64,000 nucleotides of DNA from Thermodesulfobium acidiphilum (GTDB taxonomy: Bacteria; Thermodesulfobiota; Thermodesulfobiia; Thermodesulfobiales; Thermodesulfobiaceae). Location: the NCBI RefSeq assembly GCF_003057965.1, contig NZ_CP020921.1:1042916-1106915 (forward strand), given 5' to 3'. The position numbers were made by a program, and so were the translations under genes. The notes beneath the pieces are model-generated. The model saw only the letters and a list, made by a program, of their open reading frames with translations. It searched no databases and was not told the origin of the DNA. Below, in pieces: positions 19,063 through 29,618 of the stretch (its first letter is position 1; the number at the start of each line of letters is the position of its first letter).

Positions 19063-20223
19063 CTACTTTATACCCAAAGATTCGGGAGTGACCTCTATTA
19101 CTTTAACAATAGTTCCTGTAGGAGCTTTCTGAAATCCTTCAACTATAACGTTATCACCAGGCCTAAGTCCATCCTCTACAACCCAAAGAGAACCTATCCT
19201 TGGTCCCATTTTAACAGGAACCATCTGTGCTTTACTATTGTTATCTACAATAGTAATAAAGGTCTTATCCAAAATCTGCTGAACCGCCATTTGAGGTACA
19301 AGAATAGCATTTTTTAAGTGACCTTCCAAAAGAACTACTTTAGCAAACATTCCTGGAACAAGAATATTCTCAGGATTTGGGAAAAGTGCTTTTATTGAAA
19401 GAGTTCCGGTATTTTGAGTAAGACCTCTATTTATTTCAGTTATTTTTCCTGGATATTTATAAGTCGTTCCATCAGAAAGCACAAGTTTTATCCTTTTACC
19501 TACATCACTATTTATCGGATCAACACCATTTTTAATCATATTTAGATAATCGTTTTCAGAAATGCTGAACAAAACATACATAGGATCGGGCGACGATAAC
19601 GTGCATAAAACAGTTTGCCCAGCGGTGACGAATGCACCTAAACTCAAATCATCTCCGACACCCAGCTTACCACTAAAAGGTGCAACAATTAAGGTATCGC
19701 TCAAATTATCTTCAGCCTGTTTGAGATTTGCTCTCATTGCTTCTACAATCTGATAGTCTTGTTTGGCAATCGATGCGGCTGTATCTGAAGTTTGTTGTGG
19801 AACAGCATCCTGAGCAGCAAGAATCTTATATCTGTCGGCATCAAGCTTTGCATTTTCATAATTTGCAATTGCCTGTGCTAACTGTGCTTTTGCCTGAAGA
19901 ACAGCAGCCTCATAAGCTCTTTTGTCAATTTGAAAAAGGGGCTGACCTGCTTTTACTAGATCTCCACCCTTTATATACTTTGCAACTATATTTCCAGAAA
20001 CTTTAGCTTTGATTTGAACATCGTTCACAGCTTCTACTTGACCTACGTAATCTTGATAAACATCAGTATCCTTTACTATAACTTTCATTGCCTTAACTAC
20101 CGGTATTCGACTTACAGGCACGCTTTTCTTGTTAAGAAAACTAAAAGCTAATAGCACAATTATAAGAATACCTATAATCGAAGATGCTATAATAACCTTT
20201 CTTTTTAACATATCTTTTAACAT
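19063..20223 (-). CDS. RND periplasmic adaptor (membrane fusion protein)
   Basis: VQIKAKVSG, VKAGQPLFQID, IVAPFSG, LVPGMFAKV, GLRPGDNVIVEG. Confidence 0.92.
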   Translation of the reverse strand: MLKDMLKRKVIIASSIIGILIIVLLAFSFLNKKSVPVSRIPVVKAMKVIVKDTDVYQDYVGQVEAVNDVQIKAKVSGNIVAKYIKGGDLVKAGQPLFQIDKRAYEAAVLQAKAQLAQAIANYENAKLDADRYKILAAQDAVPQQTSDTAASIAKQDYQIVEAMRANLKQAEDNLSDTLIVAPFSGKLGVGDDLSLGAFVTAGQTVLCTLSSPDPMYVLFSISENDYLNMIKNGVDPINSDVGKRIKLVLSDGTTYKYPGKITEINRGLTQNTGTLSIKALFPNPENILVPGMFAKVVLLEGHLKNAILVPQMAVQQILDKTFITIVDNNSKAQMVPVKMGPRIGSLWVVEDGLRPGDNVIVEGFQKAPTGTIVKVIEVTPESLGIK

Positions 20224-20237
20224 ATCTTTAATTGAAT

Positions 20238-21575
20238 CTAATCCAATCCAATTGCCTTATACAAAGCCGCTTTTGCAACCTGATAGTCAAACTTAGCTTG
20301 AGCATATTGAGTTTGGGAAGTAGAAAGCTGTGCCTCTGCATCTAACACCTCAGAAATGGTGTTTACACCTGCCTGGTATCTAACTCTAGCTAATCTCAAG
20401 CTTTCTTCAGCCTCCGCTACTGATTTAGAAATGGTATCAATTCTTTGTTTTGCAGATATAAGATTTAAAAGCGCTTGCTTTACGTCCAGCTTAACTTGAT
20501 CAAAAATCTGCTTTTCATAGTCTTCTTGAGTTCTATATGCTATTATTGCCTGCTGAACCTGACTTCTAATTATGCCACCATTATAAATTGGAATGGTCAT
20601 CTCTACCACTGCACCCCAATCCTGGTTATTGGGGAAAAAGTGATTATCTACCCATTCTTTATATGCTGTAATAGTAAAGTCAGGAAGTCTTTTAGTCTTT
20701 GCAACCCATATAAGCTTCTTTGCAGCCTCTGCAGCAAATCTCGCAGCCCTAAGATCAGGTCTAAAAGAAACAGCCTTTGTTGTTAATTCGTCCACACTAC
20801 CAGTTATATTGGGCACATCTTGATCTTTTGCAAGAATCAATTTTGTGTTCATTGGATATCCTATAAGATTATTCAAAGAAGAATAAGCCAAATCTCTTTG
20901 GTTTTTTGCATCCAGTAAGTTTTGTTTTATTTGAGCCAGAGCTACCTGAACTCTTAATACATCAATTTTAGCTGCCGTTCCAGCGTTATACATAGCCTGA
21001 GTAACCCTAAGTTGTTCTTCAATTTGCTTTAGATCTGCTTCTTGAGAAGCCACGTTATCTTCTGCCTGCAAACATTGAAAGTACGCTTTTGTAACTCGAT
21101 ACGTTAAATCTTGAACTGCACTTCTATAATTTTCTTCAGCTTCTCTTACGTTAAGCCAGGCAGCAGATCTTTGCTCCCAAATCTTTCTCCATACATCAAA
21201 CTCATATGTTAAAACAGCCCTATGATCATAAGTAGTTTTATAGCCTGTTGGGACTTTACCTATTCCCGGAAGCATAATAGCAGGAGCACTTTTTAACTCT
21301 GTATAAGTTGACTGCCAATTTAGATGAGGAACGAGATAACCAGATATTTCGTGCGCCTGCATTCTTGCATTTCCAATCTTTTCTCTATCCATTTTTAACA
21401 AAGGACTATAGTTTTTTGCAAGTTCTATTGCTTTATCAAGAGTAAGACTTAACTCTTCAGGAGGATTAGTGGGCTTATATTCCAGAACTTCCTCTTTTGA
21501 TTGAGCAACACAAGTAAGAGATACAAAAACAAAAAATAAAATAAAGAAAATAAAACAATTAATCTTTATTCTCAT
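20238..21575 (-). CDS. TolC-family outer membrane efflux protein
   Basis: Signal peptide, YNAGTAAKIDVL and RYQAGVNTISEVLDA repeats; in the RND operon. Confidence 0.9.
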   Translation of the reverse strand: MRIKINCFIFFILFFVFVSLTCVAQSKEEVLEYKPTNPPEELSLTLDKAIELAKNYSPLLKMDREKIGNARMQAHEISGYLVPHLNWQSTYTELKSAPAIMLPGIGKVPTGYKTTYDHRAVLTYEFDVWRKIWEQRSAAWLNVREAEENYRSAVQDLTYRVTKAYFQCLQAEDNVASQEADLKQIEEQLRVTQAMYNAGTAAKIDVLRVQVALAQIKQNLLDAKNQRDLAYSSLNNLIGYPMNTKLILAKDQDVPNITGSVDELTTKAVSFRPDLRAARFAAEAAKKLIWVAKTKRLPDFTITAYKEWVDNHFFPNNQDWGAVVEMTIPIYNGGIIRSQVQQAIIAYRTQEDYEKQIFDQVKLDVKQALLNLISAKQRIDTISKSVAEAEESLRLARVRYQAGVNTISEVLDAEAQLSTSQTQYAQAKFDYQVAKAALYKAIGLD

Positions 21576-22138
21576 CTAATCAACCCCGAAGTTAAACCCG
21601 AAAAAATCATTTGCCATATTTCTTTCTTGTTCAATTTAATCTCTTCCCCTTTCAAAACTAAAGTTGTAAAAAATACAAGGTTTCCCCATATAAACAGCGA
21701 AATCATTCTTTCATTAATTTCCCTAATTATATTTACCTCTATAAGATTTCTCACAATCTTATCCAGGTCTTCAATTATATATTTATCTCTCATACTCCTT
21801 AATTCGTTATAGAAGGTTTTATCTCCAAGTGAAAGTCCATTTAAAACTAAACTACCCAACTTACTTGCAAGTTCCCAGTTATCAAAATAATCATATACAA
21901 AAGCTCTCAAACTTAATATGCTATTGAAATCCTTGCCAGACCAAAGTATTTCAGACAACTTCCTAAAAGCATACTCTATAGTCGAATAAAATAAATCTTT
22001 TTTAGAATTAAAGTACAGATATACTGTCCCTTTTCCTATATCTGCTTCCTTTGCAATATCACTTATCCTGACTTGAGAGTATCCTTTTTGGGAAAAATAT
22101 TCAAGTGATACTTTCAAAATTTTATCTTCTATATCCAT
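21572..22138 (-). CDS. TetR/AcrR-family regulator
   Basis: FSQKGY...ISDIAKEADIGKGTVYLYFNSKKDL. Confidence 0.93.
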   Translation of the reverse strand: MDIEDKILKVSLEYFSQKGYSQVRISDIAKEADIGKGTVYLYFNSKKDLFYSTIEYAFRKLSEILWSGKDFNSILSLRAFVYDYFDNWELASKLGSLVLNGLSLGDKTFYNELRSMRDKYIIEDLDKIVRNLIEVNIIREINERMISLFIWGNLVFFTTLVLKGEEIKLNKKEIWQMIFSGLTSGLIR

Positions 22139-22149
22139 ATCTCCACACT

Positions 22150-22165
22150 ATGACCAATCAGTCAT
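22150..22165. promoter_or_regulatory. Probable TetR operator
   Basis: ATGAC-CAATCA-GTCAT inverted repeat 11 nt upstream of the tetR start. Confidence 0.6.
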
Positions 22166-22458
22166 TTTTTAAATTTTAACCTACAAAATTTGTTTTGTAA
22201 ATATCACATTATATTCAATTGTTTAAAAATATTATATTTATATAATATTAACATAAATGAATACATTTTAGGCTAAAATTAATTTTGCTTTTATATTTGA
22301 AATTTTACAAAAACTTAAATACAAAAATTACTTTAAATTAGCTAAAAATTATTTTCAATTTTAGCATAAATTACTAAAATCAGGTTATTTTAAAAAATAT
22401 AACTAACATCATTGAAACAATTGACAGCATCCTTTAAATATTGTAATTTAGGAATAAA

Positions 22459-22545
<87 letters not shown>

Positions 22546-22573
22546 AGAATTCCTATAAAAAATGAGGTAAGGA

Positions 22574-22861
22574 ATGGCTATACATATTAGTGCTGATGCA
22601 AAATCTTATATTGCTAAAAATGGAAATACAATATACTTTGATGACTATCCTACAATTGGAACCTGTGTAGGAGATATTAAATTTCCTCCATCAGTTAAAT
22701 TGGGTACTCCTAAAGACTCCTCAAAGTTTGAAGTTACAAAAATAGACACGGTAATTATATATCTTCCAAAAGATATTCAGTATAATCGAGATTTGACGAT
22801 TAAGCTTAAAAAAACTTTGGGCAAATATCAACTGGTAATCGACGGTTGGAAATACGTTTGA
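22574..22861 (+). CDS. Small protein resembling the CC/Se-motif (seleno)protein family
   Basis: 95 aa; pattern I-x-I-S-x-x-A-x-x-Y-I, GTCV, PSVKLGTP, IDxVxIY; family recognised by eye. Confidence 0.55.
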   Translation: MAIHISADAKSYIAKNGNTIYFDDYPTIGTCVGDIKFPPSVKLGTPKDSSKFEVTKIDTVIIYLPKDIQYNRDLTIKLKKTLGKYQLVIDGWKYV

Positions 22862-22901
22862 CTTTTCAAATTTTTTGTTATATATTTTCTCTAACATCAA
22901 C

Positions 22902-22988
22902 GCCGAGGTGGTGAAATTGGCAGACGCGCTGGACTCAAAATCCAGTATCCTCACGGATGTGTGGGTTCGAGTCCCACCCTCGGCACCA
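22902..22988 (+). tRNA. tRNA-Leu (CAA)
   Basis: GCCGAGG/CCTCGGC acceptor stem, anticodon arm CTGGA-CTCAAAA-TCCAG, long variable arm, encoded CCA. Confidence 0.97.
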
Positions 22989-22998
22989 ATTTTTAATT

Positions 22999-25900
22999 CT
23001 ATGATTTTATCAATTCTTCAAATTTTTCCTCTGGCATAGGTTTTGCCAAAAGAAAGCCTTGAACGTACTCGCATCCTAATTCTTCCAATATTTTTAGTTG
23101 ATCTAAAGTCTCTACTCCTTCAGCAATAGTTTTTAGATTAAGTCTCTTGTTCAAAAATATTATGCTCTCAACAATCGATTTTGCCCTAATATCCTTTTCT
23201 ATATTATTTAGAAACGATTTATCGATTTTCAAGGAATCAAGCTTAAGCCTGTAAAGATAGTTAAAAGAAGAAAAACCAGTACCAAAATCATCCAAAGATA
23301 TAGAAATACCTTCTCTATCGAATTTCTTTAGCATAATTAAGCAGCGCTCAAAATCCTCAACAAATGTTCTTTCAACGAGTTCTATACCAAACATTCTTCT
23401 GCGAACTTCATACTTTTTAATGGTATAAATTACATATTTCCTAAAATTTTCATCTTTAAAACTTCGTTCAGATAGATTTATTGAGATTGGCACTATATTT
23501 TTCTCTCTTTTTTCCCAATCCATTAATTTATTGCAAACGTTGTCAACTACAAACCTCTCAACGTCACTTATTCGGCCCATTTCTTCTAATATAGGAATAA
23601 ATTCCATAGGCAAAATCACTTGACCATTATTTTTCCATCTAAGTAGCGCCTCTGCACCAACTATACTTTTGTCCTTTATCGAAAATATTGGCTGATAATA
23701 AAGAATAAATTCTTTATTAATAATAGCTCTCTCTAATCTTGACTTCAGATCAAGTTTCATCCTTGCTCTTTGCTCAAAATCTTTCTTATAAAACCCTATT
23801 TTTCTATCTTTACTGCCTTTAATGCTAGCCAATCCAATATTAGCTCTTTCAAGAAGAGTTTGTGCATTTTCGCCATCATTTGGGAAAAAACTAACTCCGT
23901 AGTTAAAGAAAACTAAGATCTCATTTCTTTTTGAAATTTCATAAGGTTTCTCAAGGGCCAGATTAAGCTTTGAAATTATATTTAAAACATCTTCTAAAGT
24001 CGCAATATCTTTTAATAAAACAACAAACATATCTGACTCTAATTTTCCTATTAAATCATATTCTCTTAGAGTTTTCTTGATTCTATCAGCTATTTCACAT
24101 AAAATTAAATCCCCTGCATAAAATCCATAAGCTTGATTTATTGAAGAAAAACCAATTGGGTTTATTATACAAACGCTAGCAAGCTTTTTCTCATATTTTG
24201 CAATACTAATAAATTCATTGGCACTTTCAATAAATTTATTTCTGTTTAATAGACTCGTTAAAGGATCGTAGTCCTTTAATCTTTTTAAACTATCCTCAAG
24301 AGATTTTGCCTGAGTAATATCTTTGCCTACTGCAATATAAAATCTTATTTCACCTCTGATCAGAAATGGTGTAATTGTAGTATAACTGTAAACCCTTTCA
24401 CCAGATTTAGATTTATAGATAAAAAGATCAGCAAATCTTTGGCCATTTCTAATAGTTCTATAAAACCTTCTTGCAAATCCCAGGCCCTGTGATCTTGAAG
24501 ATATGATTGAATGATGCTTACCTATCAGCTCATCTTTGGTATACCCAAATATCTTCTGAGTGTTGTCGTTTACATAAACTATTTTAAAGTTTTTATCCGT
24601 AATCATCACAAAATCGCTTCCAGAGTTAAGGGCAGTAGAAGTCATAGCATTAAATCTTTCCATTTCAATCTTTCCTAAAGCAAAACTTATATCAGTACCT
24701 ATTTCATTTAAAAGTCTTAATATATCTGGAGTAAAAAAATCTTTTTTAGCAGAACAACAAAATATTGAACCAATAACTTTATTATTTTTAAAAATTGGTA
24801 TTGAAGCAGAAGAACTCAAAAAACCATAACATTTAAATTTTTCCTTGATTTCTTCAGTTTTTAAAGAGATGGTCAGATCATTATAATAAATAATTTCTTT
24901 ATTTTGTATAGAAATTGCACTAATAAAACCCTTTTCTATTAAAATAGATAATTCTTCTTTATAACTTTCTTCAATAAACTTCAAAAAGTCATCATATTGA
25001 TTATCTAAACCATCTTCTTGATAATAGAAACTATGGATCTTTAACTTGTTTTCCTCATCAATTATAACAAAGAAAACAATTGAAAACCCTGCATCTTTTA
25101 CTAAGATTTCATTAACCGTTTGATACAAATCTCTGATAGAGTCAGTTCTAATAATCAGTTGATTTATATCTGAAAGAGTTATATATAATCTTGTTAGCTC
25201 TGATATCCTTTCTTGTTGAAGCTTTTCCTTAGTAATATCCCTTGAAAGTTCCACAAATCTATAAACTTTGTTGTCAAAGAAAACAGGAATAAAGATTGTA
25301 TCCAGGTAAAATATATTTTTATTTTTAGTCTGTCTTATAAGTTCACACTCACATCTTTCTCCCCGAGAAATCCTATCAAACAGTTCTTTACAAAAATCCT
25401 CCGGATAAAAATCAGGAATAAACATTGATAATTTATTCCCCACGACCTCATCTACACTATAGCCAGAAATTCTTTCAACAGCTTTATTCACGTGCAAAAT
25501 TGTCCCAGTTTCATCTGCTATTAGAAACCATTCTGGAGACTCTTTTATCGCTTCACTAAGTAGTTTTATATTCTTCTCCTTATCAATTTTTTCTAAAGCA
25601 AAGGAGATATCACTCTTTATTTCATCAAGAATTTCCATATATTCTTCACTGAACAAATCTGGCGTCCTGGAATATATTACTAATACAAATTCAACTTTAC
25701 CGCTTTTATATAGGGGTATGGAACAAGCAGAACGAATGCCATGTTTTTTGTAATATGTTACCCATGGTTTCATTGATTCAGACTCTAAGGTATCAGAAAC
25801 CAGAAAAACCTTTCCTGTTCTATAGGCATTTCCTACTGTTCCTCTGTCCTCAGGAATTCTTTCATCAACTGAAATGGTAACCTTTTTAAAGTCCTCCACA

Positions 25901-26478
25901 AGAATCTCAGGAGTATTCTTCGCAAAAAACTTCAATCTAAAAAGTTTGTTAGAATCTATGTCACCAAGAAAGGCACCTACATAATTGAGTTTATCAACTA
26001 ACAAATCACACAAAGATTGAAAAAGCTTATTTTCCCTGTCTGTTTTTATAATAAGCCTATTAATTTCTTTTATCGTGTAAAAAATTGCTTCAAGATTTTT
26101 TTCTTTAGATATTATCTCTATTACGCCACCAATTTCAACAAACCTTTCGTCCCTGGATAAAATTATCATATTAATTTTAAGCCATATATAATTTCCATCA
26201 TTAGTTTTAAAACGCAATTTACACTGCGAATTCTCTCCTATCCCTAAAGATAAAAAATTTTCAAAAAATTTCATCCTATCATCTGGATGCACATTTTCTA
26301 CAAAAAGATTGTTTTCGACTAATCTTTCACTACTAAACCCGCCTATAGCTTTGTCCTTAAAGTTATCAAAAAAATTTAAGCTATATATTATTGGACTTCT
26401 GTTTTTAACGATAAACCTAGAAGTAAAAGCAACTCCTGAAAGACTATTAATAATCGATAAAAAAATATTATTATCCAT
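22999..26478 (-). CDS. PAS/GAF sensor with degenerate GGDEF and EAL domain (probable c-di-GMP phosphodiesterase)
   Basis: Repeated GAF-PAS modules, YDPLTSLLNR, KLESDMF in place of GGDEF, AEALLRW, LDDFGTGFSS, LKIDKSF, IAEGVET, VQGFL. Confidence 0.9.
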   Translation of the reverse strand: MDNNIFLSIINSLSGVAFTSRFIVKNRSPIIYSLNFFDNFKDKAIGGFSSERLVENNLFVENVHPDDRMKFFENFLSLGIGENSQCKLRFKTNDGNYIWLKINMIILSRDERFVEIGGVIEIISKEKNLEAIFYTIKEINRLIIKTDRENKLFQSLCDLLVDKLNYVGAFLGDIDSNKLFRLKFFAKNTPEILVEDFKKVTISVDERIPEDRGTVGNAYRTGKVFLVSDTLESESMKPWVTYYKKHGIRSACSIPLYKSGKVEFVLVIYSRTPDLFSEEYMEILDEIKSDISFALEKIDKEKNIKLLSEAIKESPEWFLIADETGTILHVNKAVERISGYSVDEVVGNKLSMFIPDFYPEDFCKELFDRISRGERCECELIRQTKNKNIFYLDTIFIPVFFDNKVYRFVELSRDITKEKLQQERISELTRLYITLSDINQLIIRTDSIRDLYQTVNEILVKDAGFSIVFFVIIDEENKLKIHSFYYQEDGLDNQYDDFLKFIEESYKEELSILIEKGFISAISIQNKEIIYYNDLTISLKTEEIKEKFKCYGFLSSSASIPIFKNNKVIGSIFCCSAKKDFFTPDILRLLNEIGTDISFALGKIEMERFNAMTSTALNSGSDFVMITDKNFKIVYVNDNTQKIFGYTKDELIGKHHSIISSRSQGLGFARRFYRTIRNGQRFADLFIYKSKSGERVYSYTTITPFLIRGEIRFYIAVGKDITQAKSLEDSLKRLKDYDPLTSLLNRNKFIESANEFISIAKYEKKLASVCIINPIGFSSINQAYGFYAGDLILCEIADRIKKTLREYDLIGKLESDMFVVLLKDIATLEDVLNIISKLNLALEKPYEISKRNEILVFFNYGVSFFPNDGENAQTLLERANIGLASIKGSKDRKIGFYKKDFEQRARMKLDLKSRLERAIINKEFILYYQPIFSIKDKSIVGAEALLRWKNNGQVILPMEFIPILEEMGRISDVERFVVDNVCNKLMDWEKREKNIVPISINLSERSFKDENFRKYVIYTIKKYEVRRRMFGIELVERTFVEDFERCLIMLKKFDREGISISLDDFGTGFSSFNYLYRLKLDSLKIDKSFLNNIEKDIRAKSIVESIIFLNKRLNLKTIAEGVETLDQLKILEELGCEYVQGFLLAKPMPEEKFEELIKS

Positions 26479-26522
26479 ATTAAATGCTTAATTTCATTGT
26501 TTTCCTCTATGAATCATTTATA

Positions 26523-28343
26523 TTAATTACCAGAAGGAATTCTTGCTTCATTAGATAGTCTCTTTATGAATTCTTCTATGCTTATTTGTCCTTCATCGTT
26601 CATGCCTCTTGTTCTAAGCGATACTAACTTAGCCTCATATTCTTTTTTCCCTATTACCAATATATACGGAATCCTATTTAGTTCCGCATCTCTTATTCTA
26701 TATTTCAAGGTTTCATTCCTTTTATCAATTTTAGCTCTATAACCCTCGTCAGACAGCCTTTTTCTAACCTGAGAAGAATATTCTAATAGTTCTGGGTCTT
26801 CTTTAACCGGTATAATCATTATTTGTATAGGAGAAAGCCATGCTGGGAACATTCCTGCGTAATTTTCTATTAGAGCTCCGAGAAATCTTTCCATACTTCC
26901 AACTACAGTTCTGTGAATCATCACAGGTCTTTTTTTAGTGCCATCTTTATCAGCATATTCAAGATTAAACCTTTCTGGGAGTGCAAAATCTACCTGAATA
27001 GTTGGACCAGTCCACTTTCGCCCGAGTGCATCTATTAACTCTACCTGAATCTTTGGCCCATAAAACGCACCGTCTCCTTCAATTATTTCGAACTCAATGT
27101 TTTTTTGTTTTAGAGCACTAATCAATGAATTCGTAGCAAGATTCCATTGCTCATCAGTACCTATTGAACCATCAGGCCTAGTACCTACCGACACTACATA
27201 TTTGAAGCCAAAAAGTTCCATCATATCTTTTGCAAAATTAAGAACTCCTATTATTTCATCCTGAAGCTGTTCATCTGTACAAAATATATGCGCATCATCC
27301 TGGGTAAAACCTCTAACTCTCAAAAGACCATGTAACGCTCCCGATCTCTCAAATCTATACACTGTTCCAAGTTCAAAAAATCTTATAGGCAAATCCCTAT
27401 AACTTCTTGTTTTAGAATTATATATCATCATATGACCAGGGCAATTCATAGGCTTTACTGCATACTCCTGACCATCATTTTCAAATATATACATATTTTC
27501 TTTATAAAAATCAAAATGCCCTGAAATTTTCCAAATCTTTAAATTCATCATATGAGGAGTATAAACTATTTCATAGCCCCTCTTAACGTGCTCCTTTCTT
27601 AAATAGTCTTCAATAATAGTCCTAATAACTCCTCCATTTGGATGCCATAGGATAAGTCCAGCACCCACTTCATCAGCCATGCTATAAAGATCAAGCTCTT
27701 TACCCAATTTTCTATGATCTCTTTTATGTACTTCTTCCAGCCAATTAAGGTAATTTTTTAACTCTTCTTCTGTCCAAAATGCAGTTCCATATATTCTCTG
27801 AAGCATCTCCCTTTTTTCATCACCCCTCCAGTATGCCCCCGCTACATTTAGTAATTTAAAATGTTTTATCTGACCGGTAGAAGAGAGATGAGGCCCTCTA
27901 CATAGATCTACAAAGTTACCCTGTTTATATATACATACTTCATCATCAGGAATGTCATTTATTAACTCTAACTTATAATCTTCTTTAAGATCAGCAAACA
28001 ATCTAATCACATCTTCTTTCTTAAGGCATATCTTTGTAATTTCAAGATCTCTTTTTGAAATCTCCTTCATCTTTTTTTCAATTATCTCAAGGTCTTCAGG
28101 CGTAAAAGGTTCCTTTCTATATATGTCATAATAAAAACCATTTTCTATAGAAGGGCCGATTGCAAGCTTTGTTTCAGGAAAGAGTTCTTTTACAGCCTGA
28201 GCCAGTAGGTGAGCTGCTGAATGTCTTAAAACGTCCAAAGATTCTTTATCCTTATCAGTAATCGGTTTTAAAGGCTTGCCTTCCTCAAAATCCCTATAAT
28301 CAACAAGCTTATCGTTGTCTAAATAACAAATAATTTGAGACAT
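26523..28343 (-). CDS. thrS: Threonine--tRNA ligase
   Basis: RHSAAHLLAQAV, DLCRGPH, RDHRKLG, KPMNCPGH, RVRGFTQDDAHIF, GAFYGPKI; N-terminal TGS region shortened. Confidence 0.98.
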   Translation of the reverse strand: MSQIICYLDNDKLVDYRDFEEGKPLKPITDKDKESLDVLRHSAAHLLAQAVKELFPETKLAIGPSIENGFYYDIYRKEPFTPEDLEIIEKKMKEISKRDLEITKICLKKEDVIRLFADLKEDYKLELINDIPDDEVCIYKQGNFVDLCRGPHLSSTGQIKHFKLLNVAGAYWRGDEKREMLQRIYGTAFWTEEELKNYLNWLEEVHKRDHRKLGKELDLYSMADEVGAGLILWHPNGGVIRTIIEDYLRKEHVKRGYEIVYTPHMMNLKIWKISGHFDFYKENMYIFENDGQEYAVKPMNCPGHMMIYNSKTRSYRDLPIRFFELGTVYRFERSGALHGLLRVRGFTQDDAHIFCTDEQLQDEIIGVLNFAKDMMELFGFKYVVSVGTRPDGSIGTDEQWNLATNSLISALKQKNIEFEIIEGDGAFYGPKIQVELIDALGRKWTGPTIQVDFALPERFNLEYADKDGTKKRPVMIHRTVVGSMERFLGALIENYAGMFPAWLSPIQIMIIPVKEDPELLEYSSQVRKRLSDEGYRAKIDKRNETLKYRIRDAELNRIPYILVIGKKEYEAKLVSLRTRGMNDEGQISIEEFIKRLSNEARIPSGN

Positions 28344-28463
28344 CAAAACCTCCAGATAGTGTTATTTGATAGATAATTAAATATATCACAAAATCAATTA
28401 AAAGTTTATTGATTGAGGCTTCTAAGGATATCAAAGGAAGCTGATTAATGAGGATAACTTGAA

Positions 28464-28539
28464 TGGTGGGCGGTGTAGGAATCGAACCTACGACCTCTTG
28501 CATGTCAAGCAAGCGTTCCAACCACTGAACTAACCGCCC
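28464..28539 (-). tRNA. tRNA-Val (GAC)
   Basis: Minus strand GGGCGGT...anticodon arm CTTGC-TTGACAT-GCAAG...GGTTCGATTCC...ACCGCCCACCA. Confidence 0.97.
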
Positions 28540-28625
28540 ATTTAAATAACTGAAATATTATATCATAAAACAAAAAGAGTCAAGCTGATGGTATTTAGGA
28601 ATATTATCTTTTATTAAATAATGAT

Positions 28626-29510
28626 TTAGTGTATACTCTTCAAAATTTTCTCGTAAGATTCATTTCTTTTAGAAAATTTATTTGAATACATTGATATATC
28701 AGCCCTTTTAAAGATATTCTCAAATTCTTCATCCCTGGTATTTCCAATAGAATAACCTATACTAAAATACAAAGGAACGTCAAATTTATCCTTCAATTCT
28801 AAATAAATCGATTTAACTCTTTCTAGCAAAATTTGCATCAGATTAAAACTTGCATGAGGAATCAGAATTGCAAACTCATCCCCGCCCACCCTACAAACTA
28901 TATCACTTTTACGAAAGGTTTTCCTAAGTATTTTGGCCATTCCCTGCAACGCTTTATCTCCCGCCTGATGTCCCAAAGAATCGTTGATCAGTTTCATTCC
29001 ATCTACATCAAATACAAATACGCCTACCGGGTCCATTCTTCCATCACTATATTTCTTTATTTCATTTTCAAAATAGTTTCTATTATAAAGCCCCGTTAAT
29101 TCATCATGAAAACTTAAATATTTTAATTTTTCGTTTTGTTGATATATATTTGATAAATCTTGAAAAACACAAAACCCATAAAACTTTCCATTAATCTCTA
29201 CTAAATCCGAAACTAATAGAATGTGTTTAAATTCGTGATTTATTCTTCATGTAAACATAAGAGAAGCAGTATTTATCTTTCTCTCAAATTGTTCAATTAA
29301 TACTTTTATAATATTATTACTATCTTTGCCAAAAAAGCCTTCATCCAAAGCAATAGAGTAGTGTTTAAAAAACGAAGTAAATTTCTTGCTTTTCCCAACT
29401 ATATTAAAACTTTCATCTATTATACATATTGCTAAAGAAGATAAATTGAAAAACAAACATTCTGAACTTCCAAGCAGTTTACAAACTTTTTCCTGAAGAT
29501 TCTTTTCCAC
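28626..29510 (-). pseudogene. PAS-like/GGDEF diguanylate cyclase interrupted by one in-frame TGA
   Basis: Track ORFs 29247-29510 and 28626-29036 share one frame: ...SLMFT*RINHEFK...LSFHDELTGLYNR...INDSLGHQAGD...RVGGDEF. The TGA is at 29247-29249. Confidence 0.85.
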
Positions 29511-29618
29511 CTTCTCCTCACAAAATCAAAAATAATCTTCGTAAGAATATCATTTTATTATAAGTTTGTCAAATAATTTGACCTTATTTAGGATTTTAGG
29601 TTCTAACCTCTAAAAAAT

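Noticed and set aside
20203-20226. 12-bp tandem duplication (TTTTAACATATC x2) at the MFP start
   Set aside because: It is in frame and only provides alternative ATGs; two copies do not suggest phase variation.
22721-22954. 77-aa minus-strand ORF
   Set aside because: It is antisense to tRNA-Leu(CAA) and the 95-aa gene; a shadow ORF.
28309-28521. 70-aa ORF upstream of thrS as a possible leader peptide
   Set aside because: It starts inside tRNA-Val and is not Thr-rich; no T-box fits in the short tRNA-thrS gap.
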